A DNA stretch of 52,366 nucleotides, filler included, from Sphacelaria rigidula (taxonomy: Eukaryota), in the NCBI GenBank assembly GCA_964200075.2. It is 4 parts of 4 records of this genome, joined end to end, with 100 filler letters (N's around TTAATTAATTAA, not from the genome) between each part and the next. Parts side by side here need not be neighbours in the genome. Positions count along the whole stretch, not along the records: positions 13,118 to 26,134 come from CAXNAA020003225.1; 3 more parts are not named here. The stretch is one strand, 5' to 3'. The translations under genes and the position numbers were made by a program. Of the stretch, positions 13,479 to 26,234 are shown piece after piece; position 1 is the stretch's first letter, and every line of letters starts with the position of its first letter. The notes beneath the pieces are model-generated. The model made no database searches. It was not told where the DNA came from and saw nothing but the letters and a program-made list of their open reading frames with translations.

Positions 13479-15708
13479 TTACCTTGGGTTTTTCTGTCTC
13501 GATGAGTGCAGACTTACTTTGCGCGTTTGTTTGACTCGATTGATGAATGGAAAATTGTCTGCCGTTTTTGTAAGTGTGAGGAGAGCGGGGCACCGCGACT
13601 TGACTTGACTGTGGAACGGTGTCGGTACAATCGCACAGAGTGAAGTGCATGAAGAGTGTTGAGAACATGTTTTGACATGGATGCCGAGACTCAATGCTTA
13701 TGTGTAACATTGTTGCTACCCCGATGAACGCAGGACTGTGGGGCACCACACCCTTACTCGATCGGTTGAGGTGGAACCTTGTTCGTCGCCTTAGTGAGTA
13801 CAGGCACGTGGGGTACTGCTGTCTGACGAGACTAGAGGGTGATGTCGGTAAAATGTTCCGCAGAGGGGTATGCGGATGAGTGATGGTTGAGACCACAAAA
13901 TTTGAGGTGGGTTCCGAAACTCGACATCTAAGTGAAAAAGTTGTTATCCTTTCAAGAAGTGTAGGATTCGCGAGTCATCGGCTTGTTGACTGGATTGGTT
14001 GATAAGACTTCGTTGTTATGGTAGGAGCAAGGACTGAGTATAGCGCAATACTAGTAGCTTGGCCTGATCATGATAATATCGGAAGAGTGACTGTGGGCAC
14101 AAACGAAATTCCTGTGCTACAGGTCAGCAAAACGCATGTGACACATATTTGATGGCTAATAGATAGAGCTGACGTTATGAGCGAGATGCGGTTCATGTGC
14201 ACAGCATGATAAAAGAAGAGTGCATTGTATCACCCATATGGGAGCTGGTCGTTGCTCGGTTGGCTGGCCAGGCGAATTCCATACAGGTTTACACATGTTG
14301 GCACGGCATGTCAAAGGCAAAGTGTACTGTTTCATGCAACCAGGATGGTAGCGGCCGAACTGCCGTTTGATCCATGCATTGTATGTGAAGGAGAAGTGAA
14401 GAGTTGAAATAATAGTGCTGGATCCACGTGAAATATGTGGGTGTGCGTTCGCGACTGCCGTAACGCGACACCACAGTACGGTGCGTGGTGAGAGTATGTT
14501 TATCGGTTGGTGATTGACGCGCCTGAGTAACATGGATATTAATACTTTTCCTTTCTGTCATCCCACTGCCAATTTCCCTCGGGTCTGCACGATATGTGAG
14601 ACGCTGAGCCTCCAAAAACTATCTTTGTCCGACACAGGTGCTGTCTGTACGGCTGACACGAGCACGAGGTGACGGTTGGTTTTGGAGGGCGGTGACCGAC
14701 CAGGATCAAGATCAACCCCTCGCTGCAAATCTCCCCGCTACGGGGGAAGGATGATGAATGCAGCACTCCTTCCCCGTGGCCTAGAAGCGGAGGGGGAAGA
14801 CTTTGATTAGCAAGAATTGGGGGGGCTGATGCTGCTCGTGTGTTTTGTCTGGAGGCGTTGAGCTGCTTTGCTCCGCCGGTCACCGAGGGGTAATAAGGGG
14901 TTAAGTAGATGTAGTGAGTGTCTCGTTTGGTTTGATGACGTAGGCACTACTGTAGTATGGATTGCTGAATTTGAATTTTGAAATTTGATTCTTGTACTAT
15001 AGGCAGCTGACTGACTGTGAAGTGGATTTTGCAACATGTGATCCGAGTTTCGAAAGTTGTCAACTGCACTGTGTTGTCTGGGTTCATATATGTTACCTTG
15101 GAGTTTGGTCTCGCGTGCGTAATGCAGGTTACTCGAATGCTAAGTACGACCACTCACGCTATTGTAAGGAGCATGGGCTAGTACAGTTGAGGAATTTGAC
15201 TTGCGTTTCGCTTGGGTTGAACATCAGGAGCTACAGTGTAGTGAAACACACAGCTCATCCATCCCTGTTTTTTTGTCTTGGTGTGAAAAGAAATGTACCG
15301 ATGTAATTGATTCTTTGCTGGTCCCATAGTCGTTGAAAGCAGTGACGAGTTGCGGGATTTACGGTGGTTTTACAGTTGCTGATGAAATTCATTTTTTTAG
15401 AAGATATAACTGGTGAATGCGCCGTGAGCGGAAGAGTACTTTTCCCGGTGGGTAGTTCTGTTCACTGAGCATGGTCCTTGAACCTTACATTTGACACCGC
15501 AGTCAATGGGGGGGTGTTCGTAGGATAGCCTGTGGTGGTCAGTAAGATAACACCTAGTCAGGGTAAGGTACAACAGTCTAGTGATATACCTGTTTGAGTT
15601 CCGGGTACTACGCGGGATGACTTTATATTGTGATGTTCGTGACCGGACATACGTGAGTGGTGCTCGTCGCATGTTGGGACCTTGATCCCAACTGCGATCA
15701 CTCCCCGA

Positions 15709-15963
15709 GTGATGCTGCGATAGGGTCTGCACTTTTGGGGGCCAAAACCGGCCTGATTCAGGGGTTCCTAAAATTAGGAACTACACAAGAATATGGGTAA
15801 GTATATCCCCGTTTGCAAATTCATTCAGGATATCCCTAGCAGATTGGAAGAAAAACCCTGGCATACTCTCACCTATTTCGAAAGTTGTGTTTTGGATGAG
15901 GTAAAGGGTTCCTAACAATTCTACTCTCAGGCCGTAAAAGTGCTGACCCTATCGCAGCATCAC
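15709..15963. mobile_element. MITE (~255 bp) with ~28-bp TIRs; second partial copy at 26235-26404
   Basis: gtgatgctgcgatagggtctgcactttt pairs with aaaagtgctgaccctatcgcagcatcac. The interior (atccccgtttgca...ggatatccc...gatgag.taaaggg...aacaattcta) is homologous to 26241-26370. Confidence 0.8.
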
Positions 15964-16860
15964 CCCCCCTTCCTTCGCTTTCCATCAACAAAGCTTTATA
16001 TACATTTCTACCTCATCTTGATCGGCAATCAGCCTTGTCCATTGATCGACTATCGCAGTCGTGTCCATTGATCGACTATCTGAGTCGAGTCTGTACCCCA
16101 TCCTCTCACGGGGTCACGAAGCTACGAACACTCAAAAACGCCGCCCATACACCATATTTTAAGGTAACATGAAAGATGATGCTGTGTACTTCTCGACTTT
16201 GTTCTCAAAATTGTGTATTCTTGAAGCGCAGTATATATCTTGTCAACCAAACTCGGTACTCAAAAATGTGTTTTTTTCACACGTCGGACAGATGAGGTCA
16301 TGACAGATCCGGATCGGCTCATTTGGGGCTTGCCCGCGTTCTCAGGATCTGCCCTTAAGCATATCCACCACAACCCGCTGATTCGGGCTGCGGGTAGGCA
16401 CCGAGGCGGGGCACATTCCTTCCCTACCCGGGTAATCTCGGAATCTTACCCAAAAAAGCTTCCCTGTAGAGCTCCCAGCTCGACAGGAAGTGACACCAAA
16501 ATAAAGACAACTATAGCTCAGTAGTAAAAACCCCGAAAGCCTGTCCGTACCTCAGAATCGCACAACCAATCCTGTTTCTGCTTCGCCCCGCCCCAAGGAG
16601 TCATGGACGCTGTATCTCTATACAAATCTCTATATATAGGCATACATATATATATATGAGGAGCTCCTTCTGATGTCGGATCGGAGGATATACAGGAGGA
16701 TTTTCGCCCTTGCCCGATCCGATAGACTATAAAGCCACGAACTTGGAAAATAACAACAACGAGCGGCGCTCGATTTGAATGTTCTCCCCCTTGCTCCACC
16801 TCCATGACAAAAAAAATTCCACACCCCAACATATGCCAACAGAGATAACGCCCAACCCAC

Positions 16861-17620
16861 ACGCCCATCAATCACAACGCCCCTAAACATTAACATTCTG
16901 CTCACGTATTGTTGTTGGCTCTCGGTCTGACCAACACGAAGGCCAAAAGCAGCACATTGCCTTTGGCGCACCCCCTCTGTTACGGGGCGCCAAAACATGC
17001 AGCACACACATTGTTTTTGGACTTCGGCCCCATCAACAAGCACGGCAACAACAGACCACCCATCACAGGGCCCCAAAACCCTTCGCACGCATGATTGTTG
17101 TTGGTTCTTAGTCTCGCTCATCGAATAGGGAATATACAGTACATCGTTTTCCCCGCACCCTTAATAGTCACAGGGTTCCAAAAATATCAAGCGATATTCT
17201 GTTTTTGGCTCATGGCCTACCAATAAACCGGGTAATTCCGGACTATCCATCACAGGGCCCCGGAACATTTCAGCCCACAATGTGTTTGTGGGCATCCAGC
17301 CACTCCAACGCAAATACGGCAAAGCCAGTACTTCGTTTTTGCCACACCCTCTTCATCACAGGATCCCAGAACAGTCACACCCGTCGGTGCCTCTCAGCTT
17401 CGTCAATAAATCAAGTATCACCAACAGTAAGTACATTCATCTTTGCTGCGCCTTCTCTATCGTAGGACCCGACAACATTCACCATACTTTTCGATGGCTC
17501 TCAGCCTCGCCAACAAATAGGGTAATAGTCACCGGTATGCTGATTTTTGCCACACCCTCTCTATCACAGGGCTCCACGCTATTCACTTGTTGGCTCTCCG
17601 TTCCACAAGGAACAGGGCAA
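16861..17620. repeat. Degenerate ~80-108-bp minisatellite
   Basis: An atcacagggcccc-like anchor recurs at about 16871, 16979, 17062, 17168, 17249, 17355, 17459 and 17563, usually followed by a ttgttggctctc-like motif. Confidence 0.65.
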
Positions 17621-17817
17621 AAACGGTACATTCTCAACGGCTGTGGGTTCTCACACCAATATTCCAGCATGTACTACATTGGTAATGTCTCGTCATCTCT
17701 TTCATATAAGGCCCGAAACATCCAAAGATAAAGGGTTTGTGTGCATTATTTTTCCTCCTCTCTCGGTCTTACAAAATGGCAGTCTCGACTCTCTGAGATG
17801 AGCTATGCGCCGCGTGG

Positions 17818-20800
17818 CTAAAACGTTGCATCGCACAATGACGCTGCTACCTCCTTCTCCCGTGCCCATACAGGGTCACCGGAGATTTCATCCTCACCGC
17901 TACGCGTTACCCTAGCGGTCTCACGCGTCGCACACAGCCGAAACTCCGCCCCGCAAGCTGGGCTGACCCCCCCCCACACCTCCGCATCCCCACTTTCCTC
18001 CTCATCGAGAGACAGGCACACGCCACTGGGGGTAGCCCAGATAAGCATGGTTGCCCCCGTTTCAGGGTCTTGGCACGTGGGCCGCCGTAATACCCCTTTT
18101 GATCCCGCCGCCCGCGTGGAAAACGAGGAACGAGTCGCACTTGTCCTGCGCGGCGGAGTCGCGCGGCGGGTGCCGAAGAGCTCGTGTCGAAGGCCGTCCA
18201 ACGCAAGCAAGAAAACGATAGTCACCACCACCTTTTGCAGCCAGCTTCCCGCTGATCGGGGCGACGCGCGGTTACCGTCCACGTCGCTTCGATCAATGTC
18301 TGAATCGGCTTGCGCCCCACTGCTATCAGCGACGTCGTCGGAAACCACCCCACTGGCGGCTCCTGTCCTACCTCGTGTTTCTGTCGGCGATCGGTCATCG
18401 CCGCCAACTTCCTGGTATCGCCGGGCTGCATCGTGCAGGGTGCGCTCCACCGTACGTAGAGTCGGTGGTGACAACTGTCTCTCCAGTTCGACCGGCGCCC
18501 CCCTCAGGATCGGAAGGAAGGTGCGCATGCTGTGCTTTGGCATGACATGCGGCCCGTCACGGCGGTATCCGACCGGCGCGCCTGGAGAATCAGGGTCGTC
18601 GGCACTCACATCTACACCCACGCCCGCAACGGCAACCTCATTCTCGCTGCCCACCGCATTCTGTCGAACTACCAGGGCGTCCGGTGCTCTACCGACTCTG
18701 TCTCCGACCATGCTGTCGCTGTTAGAACGCGGCCGCCCTCCGCCGGCGCTCGCCACTGGTGCTCCGTCATGTATCACGGCGGGGGCAGAGTTTGCACCCG
18801 ACCAGTCGTGCCGGCCGACAGGGGTTGAAGGCGTGCTCCATCCTCCGGTCTCGGCGCCGCTCCTCCCTACCACGTTCGACGAAGCAGCTGCACTGCCGCT
18901 CCTGGCTAGCCCAATACCCACGCCATCACCACTCGACGGTGTACCGGGAGCTGGAGGAAGTGGCGAAGCTGCAGCTGGTGATGGGTGAGGGGACAGAGTG
19001 GAAGAGGCAATGGCGGCGGCAAATTCCGGGCTCGACATTCGCAGGCCTCTGTTCCGGTACAAGTCTGCCTGTGTGATCGGGGTCGGGTGGGTGCGTACCT
19101 CCGCCGCCATCGCCCTGCTCGTGCGGTCGGTGTTGCCGCTCCAAACACTGCCCCTGGCACTGCTATCGCTGCGGGAACGATGCGCACCGGCAACAGCATC
19201 ACCCGCCGTGCTCACTGCTGCCGCTGCCGCTGTCGATGTCGCTTGCCCCCCGAGGGTGCCCGATGCGAGAGCAGCCCTACCCCGCTCTAAGGTGAAGCTG
19301 TAGCTGTCACTAACATCACCATCTGGGCTAACGATGCTCGCAGGGTGACTGACCGCGAACCGCGGATCGTTCCTCTCGCCCGATATGTGTTCCATCTCGA
19401 GCGCGTGGTAAACGTCCGCAGTGAGCTCGGCGGTCATATCCATAGCTTCCGACGAGTTCGCGAGTTCCAGTAATCGTGCCGCGGTGTTCGCCGCGTCCTT
19501 ACATAGAATCACAACAAACGAACGATTCGTACGCATTGCATTGTTTATTGGATAAACCGCGTGTCACATGGCCGCTGAAAGTGATAACATGACACGGTAT
19601 TAGATGGCCTAGCCAACAACAGAGGTAGTTGTGCACCTGATTGACCTGAAATGGATCAAAAGAATACTGAACAGTGAGGTAATCGTACCGCGCAGACAGC
19701 GAGCGTCGCTTCACAGGCTGACAGTCCAGGGACATCGGGGGGTTTCCAGGGTAGCGGGGGGTGGTTTTCGACAGGGTCTGGTGGAAAGCTGTTCGCAGAA
19801 CAGCCGGAGAGCTGACCAAGTCAGCCATGTGTGTTTGGAAGATTCCCGAGGAAAATTGTAAGCCAGGAACGAGGCCCGAAAGGAGCGGAATGACCATTTT
19901 GACCAATCACGGCAATCAAAATGGCCACTTTGTTCCCCAATAGGTGGACTACAGGTGGACTCCTTCGCTATCTTGCCGTATTTTTCATCTTGGTCAGGAC
20001 AATTTAACCATAGTGTATATGAGCACATAGAACGCTTTGCCAGCATAGCTTCACACTGCACTGTTGTTGTGGAACACTAAGCAGAAGCATCAGCAGCATG
20101 CAGTAGGTGGTGCTCAGTGGAGAGCGATGGCTCGCTGAGTGCTTCTTGCCGTTGTATCCAGCGGAGACATACAGCACCCATACTGACTCTGAACGCAACA
20201 GAATGTAGGGACAAACCCGGGCAGGGGTCCTCCGGTAGTTCTTCTACATATATGCCCCTTGGGGGTGCTGTGACGAAAATACGCCGTTATGTTGAGTTTG
20301 AAGTGATGATACGGATAACGACTGGGGGCACGGGGATTCTAAAGGGTTCTGGATAATGACCGGGGACACGGAGATGGTGCCGGCGGGTGCAGAAAAGCTG
20401 GTGCCTTGGAAGGTCACTCCTGATAATATGAGATGTTGTACAGGCTGACAACTAAAACTGAGGCCAGTGAGACTGGGGAGTCCGCCAACAGCAGTGATCC
20501 ACCAGTCCTTCTTCTGGCTGGCGTCACACACAGCTAGACCCCTGGGGGTCAGTGAAAGTGCGGCAATCAATCAATCCATCCATCAATCATGCCCAATATC
20601 CAGATGATCATTTCAAAAGGCGTTTGTGATGCGAGAAAAAAACTGTCCCGAACCCCAAATGTGGCATAGTCCATCCCAGTCCACCTGCGGGGGGAACGCT
20701 GTCGAAGGCTGAACGCATTGTCCAGCGTCAGTACTACCGTACGAAGTATATTGTCATCTTTTGTCGTCAACGTCGTCTGTCCAGCGATGTCCTCTCACAC

Positions 20801-21123
20801 ATACCTGCAGGAAAAGCTTGGTGTGCTGAGTCGCCATCGCATCCACGGCTCTGGCCATAACCACAGCGCCCTGCTGCAGGACGTTCTTGAACTCTGGCGT
20901 ATTCATGGCCTCTGCCACCTTCACCAGCCCGGTAGCAGAGTCCATGACAAACTGCCTCCCGGCAGGCGACGAAACCGCCATCGCCAACGAACTACTGGCA
21001 GCCGACGCCGACCGCAACACCTCGGCCCCTTCGGCGGTTTTCCAGATCTTCGCCACGTTAATGGCCCCGTTCTTGTAGATTCGACCGATATCTCTCGCCC
21101 GCTGCGGAGTCCATTTCACGAAC
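17818..21123 (-). CDS. Hypothetical protein, last two exons: helical N-terminal part, long Ser/Ala/Gly/Pro-rich region and one C-proximal transmembrane segment; 5' exons unresolved
   Basis: Exon 21123-20805 (RFVKWTPQRARDIGRIY...TKLFLQ, GT donor) joins in phase 0 to exon 19497-17818 (560 codons including the TAG stop). Hydrophobic segment WLQKVVVTIVFLLALDGL. Confidence 0.8.
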
Positions 21124-22889
21124 CTATTGTTCATGTGCATTAACATTGAATTATGATAGATACGTCAGAGCTGGTAAACGCTTATCGTCCGAAATACACA
21201 TATCTGCACATGTTCACGCCGATTCTTGAAGTGAGACTCTGAAACCTTGCACACATATATACGTGGAACATGACGAAAAATCGATGGATGCGGTCATTCG
21301 AAGTTTTTTTTCTCGCCAGTTATCGGGGGTTCAAGGCCTTGGAGGGTTTTGGGGGATCTGTGGTGGCTGTAGACTCTAGCCACCATTGTTACCTAAGGTT
21401 GGGGACATTCTGTAGGTGGAGTTGCGGGTCTGATTGCCGGACTCTGCGATGGGTGACCTCCATGACGAGAGAGCCTAGTTTTGCTACTCTGGTGGAGAGA
21501 GGCTATGGTCGTGTTCTCCTGTATATGCTAAAGGTTGATACATAAATAAACGTTTATTGTGGACCTGCCTGCAATCAGGACAAGGTTACAGTGCTGCTCC
21601 AGAGGCTTCTTCCCAGTCCCGGGCTCCAGAGACTTCAAGACTTCAAGCAGTTATACAAACGGCAGTCTTCGTTAACCAGAAGTACCCTTGCACCTCGTGT
21701 GCAAACATCATACATCACGGAGTCCAACAATCATACTCTCAGACCCGTTATCCATCAACCAGACTATAAACGCCTGCTATGCACTCTCTCCACTGCAGTC
21801 ATGTACCGAATCAAGGTAACAATGTTGCCTGGAGTCTACAGATCACATGCTCTCCTGGGAACCCCAATAACGAAAATATCGGAAGATCTCATCCATGATA
21901 GATTGCCCTGTGCCCAGGGCGCTTCCAATTTCAATTTATTGCGGTGTTCGTGACGTTGCGGTCTCGAATTTCGGCGGTGAAACCGGAGTGGTCTCAGCTG
22001 GGCCCTTCTACTCTAAAATGAAGGTGCGGCACGCACCCGGGGTGTGGTGATGTGTCGTTGCACGGAAGCGTAAAAGTGCATTGAAGCATACATCATGTTC
22101 GGGTTATCGCCGTCGCCCTATTTTCGCAAGGGCCCGCAGCAAGCCGGTGCTGAGCCGCGAGCCGTTTCCTGGCAAATTCCCGCCAGGTCGCCCCGCACTA
22201 TTATAGTCCCAGCCACTACCATGCGTGTTTTCAAGTACACGTACACGACTTGCTTCCCGGTGTGCCATAGACTAAAATTTGCAAACTGCTGTTTCTCGGG
22301 CAGACAAGAGACAGCGTCAAGCGTCAAGCAGCTGCACGCTGGGTCGAGAGGCCCCACATCGGGAAATGACGGCACCACCACCCCCCAGGTCGCCCAAACC
22401 TCTTTCTAGGAGGGGAGGGGGGGAACCCCCGGGTACCCTATTTGAGGAGAGGGGGTACCCCCCTGATCGATGGATCTATGTACGGTACATAAAATATGCT
22501 GATTGCTGCTGTGTTCGACACTGCGTACCAACTGTAGCGTGACGCCTTCGGCGGTACTACCTGTTCACTGCACAGCGGCAGGGTGAAGGGTGACAAAGCA
22601 CACTGCAGGACGTCACACCCTTAGCCTATCCCTGCCCTGCATTGATTTTGCGTTGGCCTATGCAGTTCGCCACATCATGAACGCAGCCGCTTGTATCTTG
22701 GCCAATGTGTACGCGGGATATCACCCCTCGCTACGCGCTATATCGCTACACCACATTTTGTGAAGCTGTCCGTGTTGCAGCTACAGCGTGCGTTTGCGCC
22801 AGGTGGCGCACGCGGGAGTGAAAGGCCGCCTCGGCCGCTGTAATGGCTGCCTGTATCTTGGGCGAAGCTGTATGGTAACACAGCCGCGA

Positions 22890-22956
22890 CTGGTGCGCCC
22901 ACATATACCGAAAGGTGGAGACCGGCGTCCAGAATAGATGGGACGACAACATACAC
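22890..22956 (+). repeat. 3' fragment of the tRNA-derived SINE
   Basis: Reverse complement of the gtcccatctattctggacg...tgtgggcgcaccag motif also seen at 40491-40566, 49935-49998 and 51825-51900. Confidence 0.7.
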
Positions 22957-23524
22957 AATACACTGTGCGCAATACACTTTCAACATCGTGTTCGTACTGA
23001 CCATGATAAACTCTTTGTCTACGGTTGGGTTCATCTCCACATATAATCCAGAGTCTGGTATATCTCCACGTGTAAATGTATGTAATATTACTGTGATGTT
23101 GTGAAAAAAGTCCGCAACATCTGGGCGAACTGCAGGTGAGGCAATCGCCGAAATATTCACCTGCAAACTCTGCTCCAGTGCACTATAAGTTGATATCGCT
23201 AGAAATACGCTACCATAACCGCCTTGCCGGCTGCCAGACTGTCAGGACGTCGGGTCCGCTAGCATTGCCTCTGTTTGTACGGGAATGTTGCCCCCTTGGC
23301 GGGTACGTGCGGAAGGGTCAGTGGCAGAACGCAGTGGTCGCGTCAAGCAGGTGCACGCTGGGCGTTCTCACTCAAGACTTCGATTTGAAGGACGATACTA
23401 GGTAGGCAGCAGCAACTGCTGTGTGTCCAGGAGCCCCTTGGAGCAGGATGCGTTTGGTTTCTGTTTGACAACGTTTTCCCCGGAAAACAGAAATTAATAA
23501 GGGTGTAAGAGTGGAAAAATCTAG

Positions 23525-23590
23525 CAAAAAAATGTCGCAAAAAAATGTCGCAAAAAAATGGAGTCGCAAAAATGGAGTCGCAAAAATCAT
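23525..23590. repeat. Short tandem aaaaaatg(gag)tcgc repeat
   Basis: Four imperfect units read directly from the sequence. Confidence 0.7.
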
Positions 23591-24927
23591 GTTGCAAAAA
23601 ACCGCCTAGACGAATTTTCACCCGCAGCAAAAACCAAATTCACTGTGTAGAATTGGAAAACGTTCCGCAATGTCCCGTTGTGTATGTGTGCAAATTGCAA
23701 GAGTCTGACTCCAGGAATAGGCGAAAACAAATGGGCTTTTTTGCGATGAAGTAAATTTTATGCAAACTCCTATCTACTCGATTCGAATACGGAAACGTAC
23801 TTTCACGTCAAAACGAGAAAAACTGTATCGGGTTTCGAGTTACGAAACGGAATTTGCCGCAAATGTTCCTTGAACTACTCCAGGACGCATGTACTTCATA
23901 TTTTCTTGCTTTGAGGCATTCTGCACCGGCCCTAGGAAGCGGTACAGAGTTGAGGAACGCTGGAAAAATATTTTTCTTCCATATATATTTTCCACATAAA
24001 ACACCAAAACCTACCGAACTGCCAAGTGTGAGAGCGATCTGAGGTTTTTCATGACAGAAACAAGGGAAACCGTAAGGAGACTTCATGAGTCTTTTGTTCA
24101 TATCAGTGAAAATCCAACGAAGCCGAAACCCCGTGTCACCGACATACAACGATTTGGGGTATAATTCGATCCCATCGTAACCGTCTTCACATATGTTGTT
24201 TTCCGTTAAGCTCCCAGGCTAATGGCGGTTACTATGACTTGATGAACGTAGACATTGAGTAGTGATCGGATGGGGAATTTGTATTTATGTTTCCGAGCAG
24301 TTTGAAGGCCGCTGATTGGTCAAGGTACCTTTTCACCGTCGGCGCCGCCGCGACGGCCCTCCACAAAAAGCCAGCTATAGCAACGTCCTCAGCTGTCCAT
24401 GGTGATCAGTATGACGCCATGTGTGTGTGACCAATGGGTAGGTATTGCGGACGTCATTTACTGGTGACGCAATTTTGGGTTATAAGAGTGAACCAGCTCG
24501 TACCGCAATCGTTTACGCCTAGCTCGTCCTATATTGTAAGTTTTATACCTCCCAGTATCATCATATCAACCTTTGCATTCACGTCTTGATTCCTTCAAAT
24601 TGCACAGTCCTTCATGTATATGCTATAGAGGCATGTCGCTGCTTCCCCGTGGTCTAACTGACGTAGCTGAAGATAGCTAGGGCGGAAGATTGAGGGTTTG
24701 ATTCACGGCGGATAACTTTCACCCCTCTTGTCTGAGACGTGTCTGATTTCCGTCGTTGAAACCGGAGAATGTGAAAAGCAAAAACTCTTCATCTGACGAG
24801 AGGTGACGCGTCAAGAATGGTTAACCAGACGAGGATGGTGACCACCGGTGGCAACTGACTTACTGCAGTAGAGATACCGAGCAGCGCGTTAAACTGATCT
24901 CATCATGCTACATTCTTGAGCCGTCAT

Positions 24928-25657
24928 TTTAGGCGAATCAGGCGCGCTACAATGAGTTATGCTGACCAGGCAAACCCCATGCCATGATACGTATCACTTT
25001 CAGCGGTCTTGTGACGCCCTACTCTCGGAATGTTGTACACACGTACGAAATCGTGCATTTGCTGTGATTCTGTCTCAGGGCACGCCAAGCGCCGCAGCAC
25101 AGCTGCTAAAACTGGCGGACTCCTCGGAATCCACTGACGCAGCCGCCGACTTAAACGCGGACGTTTGCCACGCCCTCGAGATGTAGCACCTCGCTGGCGG
25201 CGGGAACGATCCGCGATATGCGATTAGTACGCCCGTGACCGCGCCGGTAGACAACCATGGCACCGTTCGGCGACGGCCACAAGCGAGCATCGGGATTGCG
25301 GCTGCCGTTGAAGAGGGTCGTGGTTGTCTATCGGCGTGGTCACGGGCGCATTGATCGGGAATCGCGGATCGATCCTGCTGCCAGCGAGGTGCTCTATTCT
25401 TAGGGCATGGCACACGTTCGAGGCGGATTCGGCGGCCATGTCCGTGGGTTCGGAGGAGTCGGCCAATTGGGTCAGTCGTGCCACAGCGTTCGCCGCGTCC
25501 TGAGATGACATCAAAACAAAAGAACGACCCGAACGTGTATAAGACCAATTCGGGAGTCAGGAGTCACATGACCGCGGAAAGTCATGACGTGGCATGGCAT
25601 AGCACGGGATGGCCTGGGCAAAACAAGTCATAGTTGTGGATTGTTGAGTGGCCTAAA
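24928..25657. pseudogene. Inverted duplication of the intron/exon junction (~19330-19650) of the neighbouring gene
   Basis: The + arm encodes GTPSAAAQLLKLADSSESTDAAADLNADVCHALEM* and the - arm encodes DAANAVARLTQLADSSEPTDMAAESASNVCHALRIEH. The gene encodes DAANTAARLLELANSSEAMDMTAELTADVYHALEMEH. Upstream intron sequence (atcactttcagcgg..gtgac) is also retained. In-frame TAG at 25184-25186. Confidence 0.9.
25187..25391 (+). ncRNA. Candidate pre-miRNA/hairpin RNA (96-bp stem, 13-nt loop)
   Basis: Manual ungapped pairing of 25187-25282 with 25296-25391 gives 75 Watson-Crick and 12 G:U pairs over 96 positions on the + strand. No expression evidence available. Confidence 0.5.
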
Positions 25658-25821
25658 GCACGGGAGTGGTCGATAGATCGGCGATACCTCAAGTGTGTAC
25701 AGGCGAAGTGATGAGCCGATCGCTTGAGATCACGGGCTCATCCCGAAAAAGAGGGGGGTAAAAAGTGTGACGAGCAAGAAAATTAAAATAGCATGCAACA
25801 AAAAAGTGAAAAACCGAGTGG

Positions 25822-25865
25822 TGTTGTTGTTGTTGTTGTTGTTGCTGCTGCTGCTGTTGTTGTTG
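25822..25865. repeat. (TGT/TGC)n microsatellite
   Basis: Direct reading. Source of the spurious polyQ/polyL ORFs. Confidence 0.9.
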
Positions 25866-26134
25866 GTTATTTCTGAGCATTTACACAAGTATTCTTGTTT
25901 CAGTCAGTCGTTCAATATCTTCAAACCTTGTTTAGTTATATGTTCCGTAGAGATTGTTGACTTGGCAACCCAGCACACGTGAAAAGATATATGAAAAAGG
26001 TGTAAATTGTCACCGCTAGCCTGCAACAATGGTAAAAAATGGTTGCCCCCTATAAACCTCTCCTCGTTGAAAAAACGTACGAAGAGCTCATGAAGGGGGG
26101 GGGGGGTGTACTCATGATCATGCTTGCCATAGTC

Positions 26135-26234
26135 NNNNNNNNNNNNNNNNNNNNNNNNNNNNNNNNNNNNNNNNNNNNTTAATTAATTAANNNNNNNNNN
26201 NNNNNNNNNNNNNNNNNNNNNNNNNNNNNNNNNN
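26135..26234. other. Artificial contig linker
   Basis: Same 100-nt N/TTAATTAATTAA block. Confidence 0.97.

Noticed and set aside
18047-18988. 313-aa + strand ORF (and similarly 27899-28540)
   Set aside because: Antisense shadow of long GC-rich minus-strand exons, with no independent protein-like features.
24959-25548. Functional paralogous genes in ORFs 24959-25186 and 25224-25514
   Set aside because: They cover only a short piece of one exon, one has an in-frame stop, and they converge at a 13-nt loop. Better explained as a non-coding inverted duplication.
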